From a virus, in IMG/VR virus record IMGVR_UViG_3300007986_000012: a DNA stretch of 64,000 nucleotides. One strand, 5' to 3'. Below are positions 55,301 to 62,796 of this stretch, in pieces (within the stretch, counting starts at the first letter, position 1; the number at the start of each line of letters is the position of its first letter). Under the pieces are notes generated by a model. It was not told the origin of the DNA. It did no database searches and saw nothing but the letters and a program-made list of their open reading frames with translations. Both the position numbers and the translations under genes were made by a program.

Positions 55301-55546
55301 ATGGTTGACCGGAATACGACTATGTGGATTCAGAAATGGGCATTAGCAGAAGCCAAGATGATGCTATCTCAGGGTCGAGGAAAATTTCAATCTTTGCCGG
55401 GTCCTAACGGTAACACTGTGTTGAACGCACAGGAATTAATTACCCAGTCCGAAGCCGAGAAGGCTGGTTTGTTAGAAGAGTTAGAAGATATGTCAATGGC
55501 AGATGCCAGTGAAGTTGGACAGCATGCTTACTTTATAATGGGATAA
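52355..55546 (+). CDS. gp13: Neck protein, T4 gp13-like, with a very large N-terminal/internal extension (1063 aa)
   Basis: C-terminal gp13 domain: LLGSP..KVELSKSQID.CIDNAL, WIQKWALAEAKMML..GRGKF..LPGPNG..VLNAQELI. Confidence 0.85.
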   Translation: MSIFKSFADSPDQIRLEGQEITLKYVRIDDETGKLTWNIPPSIEGCSGDGKYDGIVLTVSRVPANYIGSSPKDGQYYIGDSTVDPDLHSGSRIEDGVMVVGAFYNDRTTTELEVTGLQPNTAYYFSGYAADNVARYHREGVHSYSLPTGIQEGPHDDATPANHTIVLDNTIRLTQPTGLNPSKTYKVRLNVNDCEHEIQFLGGEVSNYQQLINVINEKLILLDSDLYKSPVFPFINTIWLEDGVYYLWDGENKIKLEIIYSDVAPNNLPIGTLWYDTDDDKLYEYNGVGLSAGASWTELDFVSYGFDITDPDDGTIWFDSTSGIARIWKNGIWCDLNTVVSTRNPLLPVWIEGFAYWYNTASGELTRLNKETSQWEEILAIYFDKDPEDIDVGDYWYDENNETVFQLQSGLNWEESTNVFFEDTNSNIAGRLSFRYVKDEFNLYRWNSADELWDRIQVINNAIDPNADPDAPDGLLGDFWYDTNDEILYEFKSSGWVVVDNVVIEETNSHISEPYDLRYVKDEQALFQWSSVTLSWEEVSVASFPTDPRNRSSCQYWWNSSPSVDTLFSWDFLNSRWVEVDNFFQQESNPLEPEKLPEGTVWFNPETEVLTRILSEACEELKFINETFNPLEPPLGLYWLFDDKFYMYSESLQQWILLDEQPIRSPTDPTDVEAGTYWLNTITDELFQWDGSFWVLQEVAESDPKPDEGFVWYNTAEEQLYLWNAIRWEKTTAFAYLEFTKGEECNDKDTFVFKTRVRGCDAVIEVLDVVDNVFGDLSVTIRYREPVPGQDIQRVKPMYKQLGVGDDGSPDERRELHRKIRELLGSPSTKVELSKSQIDICIDNALKTLRKYSGYAYKRGFFFLNMKRNQQTYELSDKCVGFNKIVKVTATYRLRSGFLKGAYSGYDIYGYAALKQLYTLGSFDILSFHLVSSFIEELENIFATRLTFQWNEQTRELKMYNAIYADEKILVDASVERTEQDLMVDRNTTMWIQKWALAEAKMMLSQGRGKFQSLPGPNGNTVLNAQELITQSEAEKAGLLEELEDMSMADASEVGQHAYFIMG

Positions 55547-55547
55547 C

Positions 55548-57281
55548 ATGGAAGATAATAATATTTACGACTGCTATCCAGAAGAAAACTCTCCGGGCAA
55601 TTGTCCAGATGGTGGTGTTGTTGGGCCCGATGAACCTATAAGGGGTGATAATGGTACCAACAACAGTTGTTCTCCGGGGGGCAACGTTCGAGGGTTACCA
55701 TGTGTAGACACCGAACCGTGTTATCCGTGGCAATTGACAAATTTCGATGAGGAAGTCTGTGCCATAGACGGCTATGTTGAAGAATCTATCGCGATAGGCG
55801 GAGCGGTGGTCAACATCCATAAAATGCTGGGAATCTATGAACAGGAAAAGCTTGTTGATCAGACGGGAGTGGGCGAATCCATATCTGGCGGAGATCATCC
55901 AAATTTTCCAGCAGACGACGCATTTAACAGATTCGACACGGAATGGAGATCTCTCCAAACGGGTCAAGATGTAGTTAGAAAAGCCTTTATAGGATACGAT
56001 TTTGGGCCGATACGACTCGACAACGGGAGAATACGGTATGCTATCGAAACATACGTTAAACACAACATAGCCACGATTAGAATCAAGCAGGGTTGTAATT
56101 CTAAAAACAGAGTCACAAAAGTCCGAATCGAGAGGTCCCCAGACGGCGAGAAATGGTTTGGGGTATCACTGTTGAGCATTCCTGATTGTGACGGATACGT
56201 TACTATACATTTCAAAGCGTCAGTGCCTTCTAGATATTGGAGAATACGCCCAGCAGCTTTTAATGGTGGCCCAGAAGATCACTGGGCAGTAAAAGCAGTA
56301 CAACTGTCCGAATACGAGAAAACTGATATAGAAAATATTCAGGATAAGATCTTTCTTGAAAATCGTGATCGACAGTACACTGAAGACCCTATAAGAATAA
56401 AAGGCACATACGCCCCTGTAGATTATGCGGGTTTCTTGGCAAAAATGGGATTTGGCTCTGGGTATTATAACGGAGAACAATATTTGTTTGAATTTTCTTT
56501 TACTGCGTTGGTACGAGCTTTGGGTAGACCCATCGTTATAGGTGATATTCTGCAGTTGCCTAGTGAAACGTATTATGATGCTAAAATGCAACCTACACTG
56601 AAATACCTCGAAGTGACTAACGTCTCATGGTCTTCTGCCGGATTTACCCCCCACTGGACCCCCACTATGATTCGTGTGGTAGCCGAACCTGCTATTGCTT
56701 CGCAAGAAACTCAGGGGATTTTCGGTAAACTTACAGAAGATAGGGATAATTTAGGTACAGTAGACACCAATGATGGAAACAAAAAGAAATACCAAGATGT
56801 TCACGATATCGATCAGACCGTGGAAGCGGATGCAAATACACAGGTTCCACAGAGAGGTCAAGATTTTGCAAACAAACAGGTCCCTAGCAACGATCTTCGG
56901 GAGTGGATACAGAGAGAGCTTCCGAACGTTGATCCTACCAAACTGGACCCAATGATTTTTCGTTGGGGCATGGACGCAATACCACCGAACGGCGAAGATT
57001 ATACCGAGGGAGACGGTTTTCCAAAAAACCCCAAGAATGGTGATTATCACAGGAAGACCTATAATGACATCGATAGAAATTTGGCACCTAGACTTTATCG
57101 ATATTCTTCGAAGAAAAAGAGATGGTTGTATCTATCGACAGATGTTCGATATAAGCTCCGTCAGACCAAACCCGTACTTACAGACTTCTTGAACCCAGAT
57201 TCCGAAGACGGTAGTATAGACCCCCGTGCAGATGTTGATAAGATTGAAGAAAAGATCAACAAGGACATAAACGGGAAATAA
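55548..57281 (+). CDS. gp14: Neck protein, T4 gp14-like, with an inserted discoidin/F5-8 type C domain
   Basis: EESIAIGGAVVNIHK; DKIFLENRDRQY; LGRPIVIGDILQLP; insert with AF...EWRS, IGYDFG, IERSPDGEKW, RYWRI. Confidence 0.85.
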   Translation: MEDNNIYDCYPEENSPGNCPDGGVVGPDEPIRGDNGTNNSCSPGGNVRGLPCVDTEPCYPWQLTNFDEEVCAIDGYVEESIAIGGAVVNIHKMLGIYEQEKLVDQTGVGESISGGDHPNFPADDAFNRFDTEWRSLQTGQDVVRKAFIGYDFGPIRLDNGRIRYAIETYVKHNIATIRIKQGCNSKNRVTKVRIERSPDGEKWFGVSLLSIPDCDGYVTIHFKASVPSRYWRIRPAAFNGGPEDHWAVKAVQLSEYEKTDIENIQDKIFLENRDRQYTEDPIRIKGTYAPVDYAGFLAKMGFGSGYYNGEQYLFEFSFTALVRALGRPIVIGDILQLPSETYYDAKMQPTLKYLEVTNVSWSSAGFTPHWTPTMIRVVAEPAIASQETQGIFGKLTEDRDNLGTVDTNDGNKKKYQDVHDIDQTVEADANTQVPQRGQDFANKQVPSNDLREWIQRELPNVDPTKLDPMIFRWGMDAIPPNGEDYTEGDGFPKNPKNGDYHRKTYNDIDRNLAPRLYRYSSKKKRWLYLSTDVRYKLRQTKPVLTDFLNPDSEDGSIDPRADVDKIEEKINKDINGK

Positions 57282-57287
57282 TATTTC

Positions 57288-57316
57288 TTTACTTTCATAT
57301 CCCTAGACCCTATCAT
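57288..57316 (+). promoter_or_regulatory. sigma70-like promoter TTTACT-17 nt-TATCAT
   Basis: Upstream of the DnaB-like helicase. Confidence 0.45.
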
Positions 57317-57359
57317 TCTGCCGTGGCTATATAGAGGAATATGTCAAGGACAGCAATGA

Positions 57360-58856
57360 ATGAATAATAAAAAACAACACCATATTATCAACAATTTGCT
57401 AAACTCTCCAGAGCTTTTGGGGAGATGTATGGCGATCCTAAAATCTGAATATTTTGACCCAGAGTATATACCCCACGTTCAATTTTTGTTGGATTATCAC
57501 CGAGAACACAACACTAATCCCACCATAAAATTGATGAATGCTGAGGCTGATGCTGAACAGGAATATGAAAAATATGCAGTACCAATGGATGAAATCGACC
57601 ATAGTGCGAAGGAAGTAGAATCTTTTTGTAAACAATGCGCTATGCGAGACGCGGTCAGCGAAAGTTTCCCCTTGATCCAGAAGGGAGACTTTGGTGCAGT
57701 GTATAAAATGGTATCCGACGCACTAAACGTATCACTGGCCACCGACTTGGGGATTGACGTTTTTTCTAACCCGGAAGAACGTTTAAAAGAACTAGCCAAA
57801 AATTTAAATCATATTTCGTGTGGCATTACAACATGGGATAATTTAATGGGTGGGGGAAATCTGCGCAAACAATTACAGATAGTATCCGCAAATTCCGGTG
57901 GAGGCAAATCTGTTTGTTTGAGCAACGTTGCCAACAATTATGTCCTCCAAGGTCTGGACGTTTTATACATATCTCTCGAATTGCCACCAGAGATGGTATT
58001 TTTGCGTCAATCGTACATAATGACAGCGTCATCTCATAGAGAGTGGAAATCGAGAATTTTTGAGATTGCTAAGAAGATGTCACATTTCAAAGAACTCGGT
58101 GCTGGCGATTTTAGAATAATTCGCTTACCGGGCGGTAGCAATTGTAATCAGTTTAGAGGTTATATCAAACAGTATGAAATCGAACACGGGAAACCACCTG
58201 ATGTATTAATTATTGACTACATGGATTTGATGTCCCCAATCTCTAAGATGCATGCCCAACGTGGGCTTTCTGAAGAAGACAAGGCAAAGTCCGAAGACAT
58301 TTATGAACTGCTTCATGCATATGACATGATTGGTTGGACAGCATCACAGCAGAATAGAGATGCTTTGAAAATGAATGAACCAAATCAATCCGTCATCGCT
58401 GGCGGTCTGTCAAAAATCAACATATGTGATAACTGGTTGTCTGTTTATATGTCTAGTGAAATGCGACTAGAAGGTGAAATGCTGACCTACGCCTTTAAAA
58501 CTAGATGGTCTGATGGTGCAGGTAAGAAGGCATTGTTGGCATATGATTCGGAAACTCTAAGGATTTCTGATCACGGTTCGCCTAACAAATACGAAGACCT
58601 TCTTACTAAAATAAAGAAAAAGACGGAAGAAAAAACAGATAACGGTTCTAGTATGTTAGAAAAGCTTGTAGAGAAAGGTTACATTTCTCCTCCGTCTAAA
58701 GAACGAACACAAGAAGACGAAATGGTGGAGAACCAGTTGGATGTGTTGAAACATCAACTAGTTGATTTCAAGGGAGAAGATTCAGAAGAAGCCTATCAAT
58801 TGAAAAAAGAAATAGATGACGAGCTGGATTTGTTGGATTTTAGGAACGCAATTTGA
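57360..58856 (+). CDS. gp41: Replicative DNA helicase, DnaB/T4 gp41-like
   Basis: SANSGGGKS, YISLEL, IIDYMDLM, WTASQQNR, IAGGLSK. Confidence 0.9.
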   Translation: MNNKKQHHIINNLLNSPELLGRCMAILKSEYFDPEYIPHVQFLLDYHREHNTNPTIKLMNAEADAEQEYEKYAVPMDEIDHSAKEVESFCKQCAMRDAVSESFPLIQKGDFGAVYKMVSDALNVSLATDLGIDVFSNPEERLKELAKNLNHISCGITTWDNLMGGGNLRKQLQIVSANSGGGKSVCLSNVANNYVLQGLDVLYISLELPPEMVFLRQSYIMTASSHREWKSRIFEIAKKMSHFKELGAGDFRIIRLPGGSNCNQFRGYIKQYEIEHGKPPDVLIIDYMDLMSPISKMHAQRGLSEEDKAKSEDIYELLHAYDMIGWTASQQNRDALKMNEPNQSVIAGGLSKINICDNWLSVYMSSEMRLEGEMLTYAFKTRWSDGAGKKALLAYDSETLRISDHGSPNKYEDLLTKIKKKTEEKTDNGSSMLEKLVEKGYISPPSKERTQEDEMVENQLDVLKHQLVDFKGEDSEEAYQLKKEIDDELDLLDFRNAI

Positions 58857-58866
58857 GGAGAAAAGT

Positions 58867-59160
58867 ATGAGTAAGATAAAGATATCTAAAACACATTATT
58901 GGAAAACAGAAAATGGTCGGGTCATAAACCTAGATGACTTGCCCGGTAGCGTCAAACAACATATTGAAATTTTTGATGCAATTAGAAAAGATCTGACAGA
59001 TATAAAATATCAGGAACAGGTATATTCCCTCGCCCTCGCCACAAAGAAACAGCAGATAGAACAAATCATTGCTGCAATGATAAATGCACATACAAAGCAG
59101 GAAGAACAGACAAGAAATGTAGATATAAACGGTAACTTTTCTGGATCTGACGAACAGTAA
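58867..59160 (+). CDS. Small coiled-coil hypothetical protein (start revised to MSKIKISK)
   Basis: GAGGAG ribosome-binding site 6 nt before the ATG at 58867. Confidence 0.7.
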   Translation: MSKIKISKTHYWKTENGRVINLDDLPGSVKQHIEIFDAIRKDLTDIKYQEQVYSLALATKKQQIEQIIAAMINAHTKQEEQTRNVDINGNFSGSDEQ

Positions 59161-59198
59161 CAACATAAATAGTCATTGAAACGAAACCAAGTATATCT

Positions 59199-59744
59199 GT
59201 GATTAGTGATTTTGACCAAACAAGTGGAGATCTTACGGAAAAAGAAGATGCTCCTACCATCAAAAAGGTGAAAGAGAAACGGGGGCACGCCTTAGAAAAA
59301 TTCTTTAACGTCCCAGAAGAGAGTACGGAGATGGAACGAGTCCTTGTCTCTTACCCCCTTAAGAAATCTGGGGATTATGACGATAAAGACTCCGAGATAG
59401 AGAAAGAATTTCATGATGTTTTCAGAAGAGCCATGGAAGGATACGAATCTTTATCTGATATATTAGACAAGGTGGAACCTAAGTACAGAGCAAGAATTGC
59501 TGAAGTCGCAGCAACATACCTCAACACTGCTTTGAATGCTTCTACAAAGAGGGCCGGACAAAAAGAATCAATTCATAAAATAAAACAGAAACAACAAGAA
59601 ATAGACAAGAAAGCATCGGGATCTAGAACTACAAACAATATTGTCTTTAACGGTGATCGAAACGAGTTTTTGAAATTTCTTCGTGGCGACAAAGAAGAAA
59701 GAGAACCCATCGACATAACACCAGACCCAGACAGTAACGATTGA
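59199..59744 (+). CDS. gp16: Terminase small subunit-like protein
   Basis: RIAEVAATYL.TA, C-terminal TTNNIVFNGDRNEFLKFL; CATAAATA upstream; lies upstream of the large terminase. Confidence 0.7.
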   Translation: MISDFDQTSGDLTEKEDAPTIKKVKEKRGHALEKFFNVPEESTEMERVLVSYPLKKSGDYDDKDSEIEKEFHDVFRRAMEGYESLSDILDKVEPKYRARIAEVAATYLNTALNASTKRAGQKESIHKIKQKQQEIDKKASGSRTTNNIVFNGDRNEFLKFLRGDKEEREPIDITPDPDSND

Positions 59745-59769
59745 TTTTATAAACTCAAGACTTTAGTAT
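59741..59769 (+). promoter_or_regulatory. sigma70-like promoter TTGATT-17 nt-TAGTAT
   Basis: Upstream of 59798 with a GGAG ribosome-binding site. Confidence 0.45.
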
Positions 59770-59797
59770 ATTCCAGATTATAGGAGAACGTAGTACC

Positions 59798-61504
59798 ATG
59801 AGCAAAAGATTTGAAAATACGGAAGACTTTATTGCAAAGTATAAAGTAGCACACACCAACAAATTGAAGTTAGAAGAATTTGCTTGGTTAATGGGAATAA
59901 AACCAAAAAGTGTCGCAAGACGAAAGCTTTCAGTAAAGCATCATTCTGGTTTCGAACTACCAGAACTTTCTCGCTATGAGCCCAATGTTAAAAAGTCTCA
60001 TGCAATGAGACCGAGTGATGAAGACATCAACAATTATGAAGTAGGTTTGGCCAAAATACAAAAAACCCAAGGCAAATTTGTCATGGAAGTTCACGAAAAT
60101 GTGAATAAGAAAAAGAAAGCTACTTACATAGTCACTTCGGCCCAGAACGCAACACCGGTTCATGAAAATTTTCTTAAGTGTCTCGAAAATTACGCACAAA
60201 TTAACGATGCACAAATTATGGTCATCCCGTATCGATATAGAAATCCTACATCGATATGGAATTTCAACAACACCGACCATGAATGGTGGGATTCGAAGCT
60301 AAAAAACTACACACTTGAAAATCATATAAAGCTAAATGATCATCTTCGTGTTATGGCACAGATTTCAATTCAGCCCACGGCAACCAGACCGTTGTCCGGA
60401 TTCGATCATGTGACCGGTCAGGATTCTGCCATATTCGGACACCCCTCTATCGAACAAAAAACGATTCCGACTCCAGCACAGAAGCTTCCTAAGATATTGA
60501 CAAGCACTGGTGCTGTTACCACACCAAACTATACAGACTCCAAAGCAGGGCACAAAGGGGAGTTTAATCACTGTTTAGCTGCGGTAGTAGTAGAAATAGA
60601 GGGCGATCGTTTTTACATTCGGCATGTCCACGGTGACCGGCATACCGGAGCGTTCTATGACAAGGATACCCTTTACACTATCGAAGGCGCTGAGAACGGC
60701 CACAGGGTCGCTGCTCTGGTGACCGGTGATATCCATGCAGAGTTTCATGATCCTTCTGTGGAAGCCGCCACATATACAGACAAAAACTCGATTATGAACG
60801 TTTTAAATCCCGAAGTGTGGGTTCTTCATGATCTTGAGGATTTTTATCGCAGAAATCACCACCACCGAGGCAACGACATCATTGCTTTTGGGAAACATCA
60901 TTATGGAAGGAACAATGTAGAAGACGGTTTGCAGATTTCCGCAGATTTTGTTGATCGACATTCCAGAAAAAATATGGTTAATTTGATAGTAAAATCCAAT
61001 CATGATGAAGCGCTTGATAGATGGCTGGGGGAAGCTGATCCTAAATCCGATCCGGAGAATGCCGTTCTGTATCACTACCTAAAGTATCACCAGTACAAGA
61101 GTGTACGGATGAGCCGAACCGGTTTTAAAAGTTTTGATCCTTTCAAGTTTTGGTGCGAAAACCCGGAGTCCCGTCCCGGTTTGCGAAATATAGAAAATAC
61201 ACATTTCTTGGAACGCGATGAGTCTTTCGTTATTGCTGGGATCGAGATCGGGTTCCATGGGGACAAGGGTCCCAATGGTGCAAGAGGTAGTATTAATAAC
61301 TTTTCCAAAATCGGGCCAAAGACGATCATAGGTCACAGTCACTCTCCGGGAATTTTTCATGGGACATATCAGGTTGGGGTCAGTGCTTATACAGACCTAG
61401 AATATGCTTCCGGTCCAAGCAGTTGGATGCAAACCCACTGTGTAGTTTATCCAGACGGTTCAAGAACTCTAATTCATATTGTAAAGGGTAAGTGGACGTT
61501 CTAA
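59798..61504 (+). CDS. HTH plus calcineurin-like metallophosphoesterase protein
   Basis: N-terminal helix-turn-helix-like EEFAWLMGIKPKSVARR; GDIH, HDLEDF, SNHD, GFHGD, IGHSH metal motifs. Confidence 0.75.
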   Translation: MSKRFENTEDFIAKYKVAHTNKLKLEEFAWLMGIKPKSVARRKLSVKHHSGFELPELSRYEPNVKKSHAMRPSDEDINNYEVGLAKIQKTQGKFVMEVHENVNKKKKATYIVTSAQNATPVHENFLKCLENYAQINDAQIMVIPYRYRNPTSIWNFNNTDHEWWDSKLKNYTLENHIKLNDHLRVMAQISIQPTATRPLSGFDHVTGQDSAIFGHPSIEQKTIPTPAQKLPKILTSTGAVTTPNYTDSKAGHKGEFNHCLAAVVVEIEGDRFYIRHVHGDRHTGAFYDKDTLYTIEGAENGHRVAALVTGDIHAEFHDPSVEAATYTDKNSIMNVLNPEVWVLHDLEDFYRRNHHHRGNDIIAFGKHHYGRNNVEDGLQISADFVDRHSRKNMVNLIVKSNHDEALDRWLGEADPKSDPENAVLYHYLKYHQYKSVRMSRTGFKSFDPFKFWCENPESRPGLRNIENTHFLERDESFVIAGIEIGFHGDKGPNGARGSINNFSKIGPKTIIGHSHSPGIFHGTYQVGVSAYTDLEYASGPSSWMQTHCVVYPDGSRTLIHIVKGKWTF

Positions 61505-62111
61505 TGGGTCACCCGGCTATAAAGAGGATAAGGGAGATTGTGGGGGGGGGGGAGTCGAATGTGGAAGCGATGTTGCAGATTTCCTCCGCTCTTACATGAA
61601 TATAAATCCTTCACCTCTACAGATTAGGATATTGCATCATTTGTCGAAAAACAATATGAGTGGGGTTGCAGGGCCGAGGGCATCAGGCATTACTACCGCA
61701 GTACTAGGACATTTGCTATATAATTTTGTCGATAAAAACCATCAAACAATTGTGCTAATGGCCAACAACATGCAATCGGCGAAACACAATTTAACAATTT
61801 TCAGAGATATGATGTTGTCGATTAACCATCAATATATTGATATCAATACGAACATCAAATGCACCAAATGGGGACTAAAACTAATTAACGGTTCTAGGGT
61901 AATGGCTACAAACACGGTGCGTTCTTTCGAGGGAGCACACATTACACATTTGTTTGTAGACGACTTCTACAAGTATAATTATAGAGACGGTTCAGAACTT
62001 TTAGATTGTATATACCCTGTGATGGCACGTAACAATGGTCAAATTATTTTAGGGTCAACGGGTGGTACGGTTCCTGTGAGCAGTAATATATTCCCTACAT
62101 TACAAGTGTAA
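61504..62111 (+). pseudogene. Degenerate terminase-ATPase paralogue, frameshifted at a G11 tract (61542-61552)
   Basis: Frame 1 reads MGHPAIKRIREI and frame 0 continues VECGSDVADFLRSYMNINP (cf. KCARDPVYFITNY in the true terminase). Walker A GPRASGITT lacks Lys; Walker B is FVDDF; ends QIILGST. Confidence 0.7.
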
Positions 62112-62240
62112 CCCGTTTTTTCATATTATACTATTTCTCGTAAATATCTTTAGAGATGATATAGATGTGAAAACGGTGATAACCCTATAACTATATAAGT
62201 GTGCAGCCGACCCAAATTATTTCATCGAGCGTCTCGCAGC

Positions 62241-62280
62241 AGGAATCCCCTCACTTTAGGGAGGGGGGGGGGGGGGTCGA
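62241..62280 (+). mobile_element. IS200/IS605 (TnpB)-type right-end relic with an expanded G14 tract
   Basis: GAATCCCCTC-ACTTTAGG-GAGGGG hairpin, then a G run and TCGA; translates as QESPHFREGGGGVE, like the ESPxFxxGEdV tail of TnpB elements. Confidence 0.6.
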
Positions 62281-62476
62281 GACAAGTTGTTTGTCCCGTA
62301 ACGAAGGGGATTTGTTTGAGGAAATGTGGAACAATGGGTTGAGTGAAGGTTCTCCAATGAATTCTATAAAGATCTCTTGGGACACCGTCCCATATAGAGA
62401 CGAAGAGTTTAAACGACGCACGATTGACGCTATAGGCTTAGACCAGTGGAATAAAGAGTATGAGTTTTGGGTGTAG
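62277..62476 (+). pseudogene. Fragment of a terminase large subunit (post-ATPase linker region)
   Basis: GDLFEEMWNNG...IKISWDTVPYRDEEFKRRTI..IGLDQWNKEYE matches the F..W...W..VP.RDE.W...TI...QF..E(F/Y)E segment of gp17-like terminases. Confidence 0.7.
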
Positions 62477-62750
62477 AGCATGGCTATAAGAAACTGGTAA
62501 CTTTTGTGGATCGTAGATGGTCTACTGGAGATTTGTATACACAAATAGTTTCATTTTATCTAAGTCAATTGAACCGGATTATTATTTCTGCAAAAACGAC
62601 ATACGCCTACACAAATTCAATCTGAGAAACTCCCCATCTGAAATAAACAAAGATTGTTCCATAAACGAGGCAGCAATGGCTTTGGGGTATTTAAAAATTT
62701 GGGATTGCGGTAAATTAAAATTCGAAAAAGTGTTGTTGCCAAGGTCATAG
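62476..62750 (+). pseudogene. Frameshifted C-terminal relic of a Hef-like endonuclease
   Basis: Frame 1 reads KLVTFVDRRWSTGDLYTQ; after a 1-nt shift near 62545, frame 0 reads FILSKSIEPDYYF..RLHKFNLR..GYLKIWDCGKLKF. Confidence 0.75.
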
Positions 62751-62796
62751 AATTTATATAGAACTAAATAATTGAGATGACTTGTCCCATTTGTTT

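Noticed and set aside
62112-62262. Group I intron or IStron joining the terminase fragments
   Set aside because: GATGATATAG resembles the S element, but there is no matching R element and the region is too short for a catalytic core
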